A stretch of DNA of 62,794 nt, filler included, from Globobulimina sp. (taxonomy: Eukaryota): assembly GCA_003354225.1 (NCBI GenBank). It is 40 parts of 40 records of this genome, joined end to end, with 100 filler letters (N's around TTAATTAATTAA, not from the genome) between each part and the next. Parts side by side here need not be neighbours in the genome. Positions count along the whole stretch, not along the records: positions 34,607 to 36,078 come from PIVH01016140.1; positions 36,179 to 37,650 come from PIVH01016141.1; positions 37,751 to 39,222 come from PIVH01016142.1; positions 39,323 to 40,794 come from PIVH01016143.1; positions 40,895 to 42,366 come from PIVH01016144.1; positions 42,467 to 43,938 come from PIVH01016145.1; positions 44,039 to 45,510 come from PIVH01016146.1; positions 45,611 to 47,082 come from PIVH01016147.1; 32 more parts are not named here. One strand, 5' to 3'. How positions within the stretch are numbered: the first letter of the stretch is position 1; each line of letters starts with the position of its first letter. A program made the translations under genes and the position numbers. Under the pieces are notes generated by a model. The model saw only the letters and a list, made by a program, of their open reading frames with translations, did not search any database and was not told the DNA's origin. Positions 34,607 to 47,800 of this stretch are shown one piece after another.

Positions 34607-36078
34607 TTAAATTTAGAAGAAGTCGATTTATTAATATTAATCAAAAAATTATCACCCAATCAACAACAAATACCATACAACCAATTACATCAACATTTAG
34701 CCTATGAATTCCCCGATGAATATCACCAAGTGGCCACCAAATTAAATAATATGATATTTGCTGAAGAAAATGAAGCATATATTGCTAGAATGGGTGAAAT
34801 TGGCACAAAAGAGTGCAGCATCAAAATAATACGCGATAGAAAATTAATACCAAAAGAAATTGGTAAAGTATTACAAATTGGCAATGGAAAATATAAGGCA
34901 ATGACGTATGATTCAAGAGAGCTCGATGCTGAATGTGATACTATTGAGGAAGCAAAAGAAATATTACTACAGCAAACAAAATTCGATATTAATTTGAATT
35001 GGCATTCCAAATTTCATAAAGCGTTCAAAAATTTTGAACACACACAGCAATTATTTAGATCGTTGGAAGCTGAAATGGATTGTTCGCAGTTTTCTTGTTT
35101 GGATGATTTGTATTTATTGCCAGGGAAAGTTATTCAACATTTTAATAGTGATGTTACGTTTGGTGATTTTTTAAACTTTGTGCGGTATAATGATCAAATA
35201 TTATATTCTTTGGATAAGTTAATTGGTTCTGATGGCATCAATATAATGCATGGAAAAATACAACATGCTCTCTATAGGGCAGACTTATTACATTCGCAGC
35301 GTGGTTATGCAATTTTGAAATGTAAATATCCGCGTAAAATGTTGTTGTCATCAAATAAAAAAGAAATCGAGATAGTGTCAGATGTGAGCAACATTGCTTG
35401 TGGTTGTTTGATCCAATTTGATATGAATGGCGATAAAGCAGTAAATATTCACAATGTTGATGGGGCTATGCCGGGCTTTGATAATTATGTGGATATTATA
35501 GCAATGAATGATAATGTTTGTGGCCATGGTCATGGTGGCATGAATATGGGTGGCGGGAATAATTATTATTGTTTAAATGATGATACATTGATTGAGATAA
35601 TTAAAGAGGAGTTGGTATATAATGATCCATTCGATTTGCATAAATTCCCAAGGATTGTTGAACGGAAATTGAACATTGAATGGGATCCAAGGAAGTTTGG
35701 TTTTGAATCATTGCGCGCCATATTCAAAGCTGTAAAAGTGAAACGAATTTGTAAATTGGATAATGCATCGTCGACAGCATTGGTTTCATCGATTGCAAAA
35801 TCAAAATTTGTGCCAGATATGGATTTTATTAAAAAAGGATTTGAAAAAGTATTGAGGAAATATGGTGATCCCCAGCGAGGATATCGAATGAAAAAAAAAG
35901 GGTCAAAAAAAACTGATATAAGGGCACATTTCGCACAGTTAACGGGCGTGGCATTGAAACCGAAACCTTGGTTTGGTATATATATTAAGGATTTAATATT
36001 GCGGTGTAATGATGTGGTGAGAGTCGATTGTTATACAGAAGCGGATGGTGTTTGGTTATTATTTTTAAAAAAACAGTA
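34607..36078 (+). CDS. Protein with probable LOTUS/OST-HTH domains, partial at both ends
   Basis: LHKFPRIVERKLNIEWDPRKFGFESLRAIF and IRAHFAQLTGVALKP..FG..IKDLI. Confidence 0.55.
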
Positions 36079-36178
36079 NNNNNNNNNNNNNNNNNNNNNN
36101 NNNNNNNNNNNNNNNNNNNNNNTTAATTAATTAANNNNNNNNNNNNNNNNNNNNNNNNNNNNNNNNNNNNNNNNNNNN

Positions 36179-37476
36179 TCAATGTAAAGAGAATGAAAAC
36201 AAACATTTATATGAATTGATAGCGATTGGAAGAGAAAATAAGATGAATATATTAAATATAATGTATTCTATATACATAATGGTGAGAATTCATACACATT
36301 TTGATGGTGGAAATGAAAAACGTAAAATAGATTCAATAGGAAAATGGTTGGATATTTGTAATGGATATTTTAATTTCGATGATAATTTATGGAAAAAGAA
36401 ACTAGTCCAACGAGCAATGATCGATTATGGGAAAAGATTAGTTGGCAGCGGTTGTAACGAGATGATGAATAATAAAATCAATGACTATTTGTATAAATAT
36501 ATTGATTATGTGATGATTGTACAAGGAATAATATCCAATATATTAAATATCGATAATTTTGAAATATGTCCATTGCAGATTGATTTAGTAATCATTGGTA
36601 AAAATAATGTCAATGTTAATGATACTGATGATAAAAAAGAAGATATTTTCAGGTTTGTGCTGCACATAAAACGTTTTTATAATTTTATAAATCATATTAT
36701 ATATAAATTACAGTGCTACGTTAAATAATGATGATGATGACGATGACGATGACGATGAGGACGACGATGATCTGGACATTCCGACACATTTTGATGATGT
36801 TGCTGTGAATAATAATTTGTATTTACATCCATGGCCAGCAAATATAGAAAATGTATTAAAAAAATGGTTGATTGCATATGAAAAGGTGGAGATAAATAGG
36901 AATGATATTACAATAAAGAGAATAATCCAATATAAAATGTGTAAAATATTGTCAAATCAAAGAAATTGTCGAATTATAATTTTAATTGATTGCCGCAGCG
37001 AAACCGATTTGGATGAAATATTTATTTATAAATTGCCGATAAATAATAAAATATCAAGCGATTTTTGTCAAGAATTTTTGTGCGAAATGACAAAAAATTC
37101 ATTAATACCAAATGAAGCAATGGAATTAAGAGATATTCATTTTGCAAATGCAATGAAAGGCGCTGAATTGGATTTAGGTGCAAATAATTTTGTTTTATCA
37201 TTTCATATTCATTCAAATAATTATATTCAATATCGGCAATTTCTAAAAACACAACAAATGCCATTTTTGCCCTATCATTTAATATTATTATGGCCCAATT
37301 ATTTTAATGAAAAATTTCAGAGATTGGATGTGCAAAATGAGAAATATTCGATTGCAAATATTTATAAAAAATGGAAATTGCCTTTGAATGATAACCAATT
37401 AAATGTTTGGACTCAAATTATTGATCCTCGCTTTTACCAAATCTTAACAAAATATCATTTAAAATATGTTCAATAA
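36179..37476 (+). CDS. Hypothetical protein; intron 36653..36713 joins the two listed ORFs
   Basis: TTC AG|GTTTG...TACAG|T GCT ACG restores the frame into a poly-Asp linker and the 36805 ORF. Confidence 0.7.
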
Positions 37477-38154
37477 TCATGTTTAATATATTTTTTTGAG
37501 GCTATTTTAATATTCACAAACAGCAAAAGTTAAAACTCAGCAAAACTTTTGTCAGTCAACGCCATTTTAGCGCTATTTTTTTAATGTTTAAACAAGACCG
37601 TAATTAATTAATGTATAATGAAAAAAAAATAAAAAACGCAAAAAAAACTANNNNNNNNNNNNNNNNNNNNNNNNNNNNNNNNNNNNNNNNNNNNTTAATT
37701 AATTAANNNNNNNNNNNNNNNNNNNNNNNNNNNNNNNNNNNNNNNNNNNNTTATTTAAATGCCTCAATTTATTATGTTTTTTTCTGGAAATTATTAATAT
37801 TATACGTTTTATTATGTTTTTTATTTTGCTATTAATTATCTGCAATTTATATTTATTATGTTTTTTCTTCAACTTCAACTTCAAGCAAACACCTACTCAA
37901 AAGTCTCAAAAAATAGTTAGTTGGACTTAGTCAAATCTTTATTATGTTAAAAACTTTTTTCGCACGAACGTCTGCACATTCTTTTGAATAATGTGCCCGT
38001 CACTGTAGCTTCTCGTCAAATTCAAGTATTAATCATCCACGAAAACCATATTCAGAGTCAGACGATCCCCAAAAAACTAAAATTCTTTTTTGTGTTGTAC
38101 TTCTTTTTGTTATTTCTAGCAATCGTATGATTCCTTATTTCTTTTTGTCGTTAA

Positions 38155-39222
38155 ATGAGTTTTAGACGACGGAAATCACGAATTGGCCCAGGATTTCAAG
38201 CGGTAATTCCTGTGATTTTATCAAAGAAACAAAAAGAAGAACTGCAGAAGTTGTATGATTATGAACAATCGCTCTCTGAGCATTGTTTAACTTTATCCCA
38301 ACTGTCAAGTCCTATTATTTCAAATATGAATAATAACCCCAACAACTCCAAGAATAGCAACGCAAACACAACAAACACAAACATTCAACAACCACAACAA
38401 CGACAACACCACTCACATAATACTCGTCCTTTTACCATCAATGACATCTCCATTGACCACTTAGTGGAGCCAATTTGCTTCGAAATCTCCAAATCATATC
38501 CTCAGCAACATTTTAATTATGCAAATTATGTCAAACAAATGCAATTATTCCCTCACAAAGCCTTGCAACAAAAACTGGACAAATTACACCATGATAATAA
38601 CATCAAGTCATATTTATATTTTCTCCTTGTTATTAATTATACAAATATAATTTACGGAAATTTTCTACAACAAATATACAGCAACAACAACGGCAACATG
38701 TCACAGATGAATGATAAAAAAAGGAAAAGGGAAAAAGATATTATTCCTGCCACCAATACAAATAATAATAGCAACATTGCCCCACCTTCAAAGAAACAGA
38801 AAATTGGTCATATTTCGCCGCCTAATACCAATACAATGCCACCATTGCCAATTCCACCCATACCACTCAATACAAACAACAGCAATGTCAGTCATTCACA
38901 AATGCCATTATTGACACCCTCGCCGCCACACTCTGCCATCCATAAACTACCACATATCCCACCACTGCCCATTAATATTAATAATCTCTCCAATCAGACC
39001 CAATCGGATCACTCATTTACAAATAAAACAAATCCAAATATAATTCTAAACAATCAAAAGATTGAAAATGGCAAAGTTAAAATAGCTAAAAAAAAAAAAT
39101 CGAAAAGAAAATCTAAAGCCAAATCGAAATCAAAAAAAAAAGAAAAGAAAAAAAGAGATAAACAATCAAAATCCTGTGAAAAGAATAAAAATAAAAATAC
39201 CGATTCTGACAATCGGCTTTCA
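38155..39222 (+). CDS. Nuclear protein with ELM2-like motif, low complexity, 3'-partial
   Basis: SRIGPGFQAVIP; Lys-rich NLS-like tracts. Confidence 0.65.
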
Positions 39223-39322
39223 NNNNNNNNNNNNNNNNNNNNNNNNNNNNNNNNNNNNNNNNNNNNTTAATTAATTAANNNNNNNNNNNNNNNNNNNNNN
39301 NNNNNNNNNNNNNNNNNNNNNN

Positions 39323-40794
39323 AAAATGATTACAAATATCATGTCGTTAAGGAGTGAGTTTTATAACTGTCATGATCAGGTTTTCCAAAATTTAGCTGTC
39401 CAGGATATAATCTGCGAAACCATCAAATTTTTCGGTGGCGAGTTAGGCAGTGACTGTGTCAGGTTTTGTTATGAGGTATTATCGTATCAATATGGCGAAG
39501 AGATTGCGTATTGCAAGGAATTGTTTTCCCATTTCAAACAGTGGTGGAACAAACTACGCATTGATTTTGCCAATGCGCGGTTAAACGAGTCGATAATGTC
39601 CATATTAGAAAAAGGATTATATGACGCCATCAGTGAGCTGTATCAATCAGTCGGCGGTCAACATGACCTCCATTTGGATGATAAGATCCGTACTGTCATT
39701 GAGCATTATAAAAAGAAGAAATCCATCACGGAATCTTTGAATTTATTTTTTAATCATTTTGTGCCGTCTGATCAATTGAATTGGGGCCATGGCTTGAAAG
39801 AGTTGCATAAAAGATGGGTATATGTGGAGAAGTTGAGTACGGAGCAAATGATCAAAGAGCAATGGAGCTGGTTCAGTCACTATGAGAAATTCCTGGAGAA
39901 ATTGACCAAATATCCGGAGAGCTATGTGTTTAAACAGTTGTGGGGCGATAGGTTTGCTTATTATAAAGAGAAATGGGATGCTGATAATGGGCTTACATTT
40001 GACAGCATGGATCGTTTGGATTGTTGTTTATGGCTGGAATCGCAATTAAAACCACAAAATCTGAAAACAATCGAAGAGCTACAAAAACATTTTATTAATA
40101 AAGGAGTGAATGGCAAACATTTACAAGCTGTCAAATCATACAACAGCAATGATGATTTTGTGCAGGAATTTTGTAAGAAGATACAGTTGAAATTGAATAT
40201 CAATAAATATTATAAAGTTGTGTTGGAAAAGTTATTGTTTCCCATCAAAGTGTCGGGAATGACCCGGGAAGTCCGAGAGAATGATGAAAAAGCTAAAAAA
40301 AGAGGAGATTTCGAATGGGGTAAATTATATTCTATGAATATTTTGAAATTATTGTTTGAAACGGATGTAGAACCATGTTGGCAGGAAATGATTTGTCAAG
40401 GCATCAAAAGCAGAGAGATTAAGGTGTATTTTATTGAGAGATACTTCAATTTTAATATGAATTCAAATAATATTAATCGAGATCGCATATTTAAAGAGAT
40501 TAAATATATGAAAATGTTCAAAGAGCAATCTGAAATGTTAAAGAAAAGAACATCAAAATCACAAATACTTAATCAACAAGTTGCCAATGAAGCACTTAGG
40601 AAAATTAATATAAAAACAGATGAAATTGTATTGTGTTTAACCAATGTCGAAATATTAAAGAAAGTTAAAAAAATACACGAAGTGTTAGCTCTGTTTAAAG
40701 AAATATTAGGAAATGATTTACGTGGACCTGAGCAAGAATGGATGGTATTTACCTCTCAATTAACAAAATTACGCTTACCGCTAACGGAACATTC
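39323..40794 (+). CDS. Internal fragment of a large helical protein of unknown function
   Basis: Open frame of about 490 codons spanning the contig. Confidence 0.75.
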
Positions 40795-40894
40795 NNNNNN
40801 NNNNNNNNNNNNNNNNNNNNNNNNNNNNNNNNNNNNNNTTAATTAATTAANNNNNNNNNNNNNNNNNNNNNNNNNNNNNNNNNNNNNNNNNNNN

Positions 40895-41083
40895 AATAAT
40901 CGATATCTCTGAATATCCGACAATGTTTGTATTAAATATTATGTATTCAATAAATGATTCATAATCAGACATGTCGCCATGCTTCATTTCCTCTGTTTGT
41001 TTGGCATAGTATGCTCTCTGTTGCTGCTTTATCGCAGATAACCACTCACTATAATTCAGTGCAGTGTAGCTTCTGTGTGCCAT
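40895..41083 (-). CDS. N-terminal fragment of a hypothetical protein
   Basis: AAAATG start, frame open to contig end, divergent from the LRR gene. Confidence 0.5.
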
Positions 41084-41138
41084 TTCAAGGAAAAAAGTTT
41101 TATATTAGAAAAGTTGTTAATTTGGATAAAAACTAACC

Positions 41139-42366
41139 ATGGAACTGTCTCATTTTGGAGCTATGATTAATCGAAATACGTTGGTTCTCAAAAATAATGT
41201 ACTAACTGCGGAGTTTGTTTTATCTATATATGAATCATTAGACCAACAGCAAGATTTAGCACTGCATCCACAACCAACACGTTCAACGAAACAACATTTT
41301 GATGCATTTCATGCTCTATCTCTGGATGATGATGAAAAAGAAGATACAGAATATATTGACAACAAACACATCGCCTTAACAGATATAAATGGATTAGATT
41401 TCTGGAATTGTTATTTTGATAATGATATCTCGACCGCACAATTATTATCTGATGTAATCATGGTATTTTCAGATATTACAAGAATACAAAAACTATATTT
41501 CTCAAATAATTTATTAACTGATCAACGTTTAGAAATATTATCCAATGGATTGATATATTTATATCATTTAAATGAACTCAGAATTATTTCCAATGAAATT
41601 ACGTATTTATCACTCAATTGTTTATGTAATTTGTTCGCAAATAAACATTGTAAATTGAAACACTGTTTGAAACTGTTAGATTTGAGTGATAATCGACAAC
41701 TGATTCAAATGAATGAAAATGGAATGAAAGCATTTGAATTATTTGTATCTATGTTATTAAATACACACATTGAAATATTAAAATTAGCAAATTGTCCACA
41801 GTTATCAAGCAATCATATTTTTATTTTATCGCAATGGACATTAAATGATAAATTATGCCATTTGCGACATTTGGATTTAAGTCAAAATATTTGTGGGTTA
41901 CAATTCATTCAATCCTTATGCAATATGGTTAATTGCAATAATTGTTATATTGAATCGTTGATATTAAATAACTGCCGCTTTACCAAAGATTCTGCAAAAT
42001 ATTTCGGTTCAAATTTATATTTAAATCATAACTTACAATGTCTCTCTTTAAATGGGATTAATTTACAACCTTTTTTACAATTTGCAAACAGCGCCAATGA
42101 GATAAGAGTGAGTCGATTGTATTTGAATGATTTGCTAACCAGAACACAAAATGGTTGGTACGAGTTATCGTATGGGGACATATCCGATGCCATTGTTAAT
42201 ATAATATCGATAAAATGTTTATATTTACAAGAATTATCAATGAATAGATGTGATTTGCATAATGATGAAGTCTCTGATTTAGCTGCGTTTTTGTCCCAAT
42301 ATGCATGCATTAGGAAAATAAGTCTTTGTTATAATTCATTGAGTCCTGGATGTTTAAAAAATTTGT
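41139..42366 (+). CDS. RNI-like leucine-rich-repeat protein, 3'-partial
   Basis: Repeated LxxLxLxxNxL/C units about 28 aa apart. Confidence 0.9.
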
Positions 42367-42807
42367 NNNNNNNNNNNNNNNNNNNNNNNNNNNNNNNNNN
42401 NNNNNNNNNNTTAATTAATTAANNNNNNNNNNNNNNNNNNNNNNNNNNNNNNNNNNNNNNNNNNNNACCTAGGTTTCGAATCCTAGTATTCAAAGTTGAA
42501 AACCACTCTAAGTAACCCAAAAACCTTGCCAATCACAAAAGAAGTGTTTAGAAGTGTAAGCCTAAAAAGTCAAATGTCCAAGCAATTATTGTGCATTTCG
42601 ATCGAACAGATTCATGTGATACAATGTGGGGCAACATCGAATTTTAAACATTTTTGTATTTCGATCAAGCAATGATATTTTTGACACAGAAAATGACGAT
42701 TTTAAGAATGATGGTATCAATAAAATGAATATTTCCAATGATTCTGCGTATTCGATTATGATCTCTAATTTTACACTTTGAAATTCTAATTTTATTTTTT
42801 CATCACC

Positions 42808-43866
42808 TCAGATTTTGAAATAACGACCTGGCGATAACGACCTGGCTCGAATATGATTAATCATATCAGACAACGACTCGCGCACTAAATATATTTTCAG
42901 CTGATGAGTCTCAGTCATCTTTGTTTTATGCGAATACAAATTATGATTAATTACCAATGAATGTTGATTCTGTATCAAACCAATATGCTTCTTCTCCAAT
43001 GTTGAGAATCTGATCGATGACAATAACAATCGAACAAACACAATCAAGAAAAACAATAATCCGCAAGATATCGTAATGACATTGGCATCAAACCAATCAT
43101 GTTGAATGAAAATATTATAAATCACAATTCCAATTCCGATCATGATACAAAACACTATGCCGAATATCCACGATTTGGTGTTTTCAAAGTACCGCGATGC
43201 TAAATATTCGATACGACACCAATTCTCAAACCATACTATGTGGTTTTCATCAATAAACAAATAAATATTATCCATAATCACTTTTTCATCCTCTTGAGAC
43301 ATATCTGCTGATTGTTTATGAACTATTAATTCACTCAAATCCTTTTCTCTCTCTCTAGTCAACTCATCAAAATCTAGAAAATCTGTCATTGCCAAACCAC
43401 TATCACTCCGATTAAAATCCATATCATTCCAAGGCTCGGTCCTTGCAATATCACTGTTTTTAGCAACATCGAACATCCCATCATAGTCCATTGGATCAGT
43501 CATTGCTATCCCACTCAATTTACGTGCAAAACGGTGTGCTATGATAACATTTGATGGTTCATTGTCTCGGTCACGGTCCAACCAATATTTTGTATTCATT
43601 CTAGTTCCACGCAAACCGTCCATGGCCATTGCATTTGTGTTTGCGTCCTTAGTGAACTTTGCCAAGTTTTTTAGAGTCAAATCGGAATGAGCTCGTTTAA
43701 AGGGAGGCTGAGATGGTTTGTTTTCAATGAAATTAAATGTTATTGACTCCGCCAAGCATTTCATATAAAAATGATACTTATATAATCGATAAAATATAAC
43801 CTCTGTGTAAATGGCAATGGAATATCCAGTGATGATATTAATCAATGTTCCCAATATAAACTGCAA
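42808..43866 (-). CDS. Multipass membrane protein of unknown function, 5'-partial
   Basis: 352-aa ORF with three hydrophobic helices. Confidence 0.65.
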   Translation of the reverse strand: MQFILGTLINIITGYSIAIYTEVIFYRLYKYHFYMKCLAESITFNFIENKPSQPPFKRAHSDLTLKNLAKFTKDANTNAMAMDGLRGTRMNTKYWLDRDRDNEPSNVIIAHRFARKLSGIAMTDPMDYDGMFDVAKNSDIARTEPWNDMDFNRSDSGLAMTDFLDFDELTREREKDLSELIVHKQSADMSQEDEKVIMDNIYLFIDENHIVWFENWCRIEYLASRYFENTKSWIFGIVFCIMIGIGIVIYNIFIQHDWFDANVITISCGLLFFLIVFVRLLLSSIRFSTLEKKHIGLIQNQHSLVINHNLYSHKTKMTETHQLKIYLVRESLSDMINHIRARSLSPGRYFKI

Positions 43867-44038
43867 TATATCAATAATGAATGTTATATTATGAGTGTAG
43901 GTATTAAATTTTATTAATTTTATGAAAATATAATAAATNNNNNNNNNNNNNNNNNNNNNNNNNNNNNNNNNNNNNNNNNNNNTTAATTAATTAANNNNNN
44001 NNNNNNNNNNNNNNNNNNNNNNNNNNNNNNNNNNNNNN

Positions 44039-44374
44039 TTAGATTTAAATGAAAAAATCAGATATTTTAATCAATGGATTGGTGATATATCACATTTTTA
44101 TGATGAGTTTCCGCGATATGTTGTCATAAACTCGTTTTTGAAATATTTTTTGGATGAAAATATATTTATTGGGGTGGATCAGGACAATGCTACGATTAAC
44201 AAACGTATTGGTGCGGCTGCAATGTATTTATTAAACGCATCAAAAAAATCTGACGATCTCATCAACACAGATACAGTCATGCTTGTTTTCGAAATGTGTC
44301 ACAAATATCACCAAAAAGAATTGGTGGAAATGCTGATGAATGAGACCAGAATCAGCCAACTCGTAATGAATTAA
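44039..44374 (+). CDS. C-terminal fragment of a hypothetical protein
   Basis: Frame open from contig start to TAA. Confidence 0.5.
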   Translation, partial: LDLNEKIRYFNQWIGDISHFYDEFPRYVVINSFLKYFLDENIFIGVDQDNATINKRIGAAAMYLLNASKKSDDLINTDTVMLVFEMCHKYHQKELVEMLMNETRISQLVMN

Positions 44375-44731
44375 ATAATTTATAACTGACAATGATAAAA
44401 CGCAAACAATGCTGACGATATACTGTGGTGAGACAATAGATTAATATCTGTCTTGCAAACAATTGTCTCACTACATTAGCATCGCAGCACCAATGTTATT
44501 ATAAATAATGATCTTTTTTGATGTATACAGTAATACTTGAATTATAATATAAAATGTTTATTTTAACCCTTTGAAACTTTGCATGATATTTTTGTATGTT
44601 ATTTTAAATTATGGTATACACAAAAGGCCAGGAAACGACGGATTATTCACAAATGATTAAAAAAGGTTGATCACGAGCAAAATCACTGTGAAATAGGAAA
44701 ACTCTAAACACAAAAATCTAATACCGTAATA

Positions 44732-45475
44732 TTACTTTTTCTGGTTATCAACAAAACAAATAATATACAATCCGGTTATGAGGGAAGGCATAGTGCGAAT
44801 ATTAGAGATCCCCATCAGAAAAAGGTACATTGTACACATTGCCTGTACCCACAAATTAAAATCCTGGAATGCAAAATAAAACAAATAACAGCTTATCCCA
44901 TGTTGATAAATTCTAAAATAAATGAAGGAAACAACTTTAATAAAATAATAAACTGTATATTGACTCCTTTGTTGCAAATCTGTTATGTTTCTGGTTGAAC
45001 GCAACACGCACATCGCATTATAAATGCTTCCTGATATCGCTAAGTGAAAAGCGTGTTGTCTGACATAAATATTATCAGTGGAAAATAAAATAAAAACCCC
45101 AACAAAGCAGGAAAAATGATGAACCCAAAGATTAAAGAAGTCTGAATTTGAAAGCATTGATGTTTTGTAATACCATTTTGTCATAAATGCTCGATATAAA
45201 TCAATAAATGAATAACCACAGTCAAATAAAGCACCATTAAATAATAACGTTTTCGAATTAAAATAAATTGACAAACCAATGCATAATGCTGCTAAGCTGT
45301 GATGTAATGTGACCCAAATCAAATACAAAAAACCCTTGGATAATATTTTCACAGCATTTTTGTACCATGTTGTTTGTGAATAATACTTTGGTACATACCA
45401 TTTGATGAATTCATGTGTTATCTTTGCACAAATCAAATATGGAATTATTAACAACAAAAATGTTAAACTCTGCAT
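44732..45475 (-). CDS. TLC-like multipass membrane protein
   Basis: HH...GYSFIDL...VHH...FIYFRI pattern with several TM helices. Confidence 0.65.
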   Translation of the reverse strand: MQSLTFLLLIIPYLICAKITHEFIKWYVPKYYSQTTWYKNAVKILSKGFLYLIWVTLHHSLAALCIGLSIYFNSKTLLFNGALFDCGYSFIDLYRAFMTKWYYKTSMLSNSDFFNLWVHHFSCFVGVFILFSTDNIYVRQHAFHLAISGSIYNAMCVLRSTRNITDLQQRSQYTVYYFIKVVSFIYFRIYQHGISCYLFYFAFQDFNLWVQAMCTMYLFLMGISNIRTMPSLITGLYIICFVDNQKK

Positions 45476-45666
45476 GTTTGTACTTTCAATATTTCAGAAG
45501 AACGTACTAGNNNNNNNNNNNNNNNNNNNNNNNNNNNNNNNNNNNNNNNNNNNNTTAATTAATTAANNNNNNNNNNNNNNNNNNNNNNNNNNNNNNNNNN
45601 NNNNNNNNNNTTTGCATCACACATTTCAAAAAGCTCAACCAGCACTATTCAATCTAAAAAGTAAGT

Positions 45667-46281
45667 ATGAAACGAAAATTAAAGCAAAATACAATATCTG
45701 CTCAACCAAAGAGAAAGAAACAAAAACTTCCAAATGATGAAATCAAGAAAGAAATAGTGTCGAATACGAATACTGATAATAACAATAATAGTATCTATAG
45801 TTCATTGCCATCATTACTTTGTAATATTCATTCAATGAAATTATATTATGCTTCAAATTTAGATAAATCAAAATATGATAAATGTCCAAAATGTTTGGAA
45901 TTAAATAATTATGAAACAATGCATTTTATTTTTGTTTGTAACTTCTGTAAATATTTTGTTTGTAACTTTTGTATGACCGACCTTTATGTCAGCGATCAAT
46001 TAAAAAGGTCCCCTCCAAATATTGTTAAACGTATTAAAAATAGCAAAGCTGACAAGAAACGTAATAAATCATCAAATGTAAAAAAAGTAAAAAAGAAATC
46101 CAAATCGAATAAAAAACAAAAAAAAACACCTAAAAATCGATATAATCCGGAAATGAAAAATCAAATTAATCGCACATTTAAAGCAAGTGCTGTTGACGAA
46201 GAAGGAGCCATTGCAACGAGAACAAGGAATGGAATGAGAAATAAAAAAAATAATGGATCGCAAAAATGTTTCAATCAATAA
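45667..46281 (+). CDS. Lys-rich protein with Cys/His zinc finger
   Basis: C..H...CPKC...CNFCKYFVCNFC. Confidence 0.6.
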   Translation: MKRKLKQNTISAQPKRKKQKLPNDEIKKEIVSNTNTDNNNNSIYSSLPSLLCNIHSMKLYYASNLDKSKYDKCPKCLELNNYETMHFIFVCNFCKYFVCNFCMTDLYVSDQLKRSPPNIVKRIKNSKADKKRNKSSNVKKVKKKSKSNKKQKKTPKNRYNPEMKNQINRTFKASAVDEEGAIATRTRNGMRNKKNNGSQKCFNQ

Positions 46282-46356
46282 TAAATGTTTAATTTATAAA
46301 TAATTATTATAATAAACAAAACGGAATTCTTTAAAAAGTTTCTGTTAAATACAAAC

Positions 46357-47082
46357 TTAAAAAACAATAAGTGATACATTATTAATATTATTTTGTCCAT
46401 TTTGTGGTGGTTTTGGCAATATAAAATCGTATTTTTTCCCCTCTGTACTTGTTATAGCAATCCTGATTTTATCTTTGTCATCATGCAAAGCACGCTTTTG
46501 TAAGTCTGAAATGTATTTTTTTATTTCAAACGAACATAAAAACCATGTAACAAAGACTTGAATAACTAACCACTTCCAATTAAAATGTGGGTTTTCAAAA
46601 CTGTTCAAATTTAAAACTCGACGTTGTTGAATAAAAGATGTGATGCCCCATACGCTGTAAACAATAGATCGAAGGTAATATATGAAGAGTAGCCAAATTC
46701 GTTCAGGGAAATCAACAAATGACGTTATTCGAAGCACTTCAACCAATAAATATGTGTCAAATAAGAAACAAATTATCCTTCCATCACTGATTGCATTGTC
46801 TCCAAAAGCTTCAATAATAACAGTAAATAATAACCAACATGACATGATAAATAATATCATATTTGCTGTGCTCATCGGAATGATATAATTGCCATAAATA
46901 TTATCTATATTCCAGTTATCAAAAATTGTATAATCTCGTTGTGATTTTGCTGGGAATGTTTTCACCAAAAAATATTTGATAAATGCTGTCAGAGATTTTT
47001 CAATGTCCAATTTACTTCGCGATATATGATATTCATAGCGACATGCGGTGCAATTTAATTTCGGATTTATAGTGTTGGTAAT
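46357..47082 (-). CDS. Multipass membrane protein, 5'-partial
   Basis: ORF of more than 217 aa with four hydrophobic segments. Confidence 0.6.
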   Translation of the reverse strand: MTNTINPKLNCTACRYEYHISRSKLDIEKSLTAFIKYFLVKTFPAKSQRDYTIFDNWNIDNIYGNYIIPMSTANMILFIMSCWLLFTVIIEAFGDNAISDGRIICFLFDTYLLVEVLRITSFVDFPERIWLLFIYYLRSIVYSVWGITSFIQQRRVLNLNSFENPHFNWKWLVIQVFVTWFLCSFEIKKYISDLQKRALHDDKDKIRIAITSTEGKKYDFILPKPPQNGQNNINNVSLIVF

Positions 47083-47394
47083 NNNNNNNNNNNNNNNNNN
47101 NNNNNNNNNNNNNNNNNNNNNNNNNNTTAATTAATTAANNNNNNNNNNNNNNNNNNNNNNNNNNNNNNNNNNNNNNNNNNNNTAAACAAAATAAAAATAG
47201 GTTCTTTTTGTAAATTTATATAGATTTTATGGGACGGAAGCATTGAAAAAAATGTTGTATAATTTTGAAATAATTTTGTAAATCAATTCAAATTTAGAAA
47301 ATAAGAAATGTAACTCAATGAAATTATTCATAAAAACATAAAAAAAAAATATTCATAACTATATTATCTTTTTTATAACATATATCACATATTG

Positions 47395-47800
47395 CACTGA
47401 TTTCAAACCTTTCCAAAATTGATGGAAGTGCAATATTTGAAACCTAATCTGTTTTCACTTTTTGATTTCAAAACTTTTCCATTTATTTCAAAACGAAATA
47501 AATTTTGAAATTTTAGAAATAAATAATATGTATATGAAATTTCAAAATTACTTATTATCAAAACATTTATTATCAAAACATTTTCGTACACTCTGAGTGT
47601 TATATTTCCTATCGTTAATTTTTGGAGAGGCCTATTCACATTGGAATTTTAATAATTTAAACCAAGTCACCAAATCACCCAAATTTTAGATCTTGTATAC
47701 ATTACGTGTCAATTAAAATTGCATTTTCAAAACCTTTCCAGCAAAAAATATGAATTTTCAAAACATTTCCAAAACAAATGGAAATGTTTTGAAATCAGTG
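47395..47800. mobile_element. 406-bp MITE with terminal inverted repeats and 8-bp TSD (hAT-like)
   Basis: CACTGATTTCAAA...TTTGAAATCAGTG flanked by ACATATTG at 47387..47394 and 47801..47808; internal TTTCAAAACxTTTCCA repeats. Confidence 0.88.

Noticed and set aside
42469..42486. CTAGGTTTCGAATCCTAG as a tRNA T arm
   Set aside because: At the contig edge, has an extra base, and no acceptor stem can be verified
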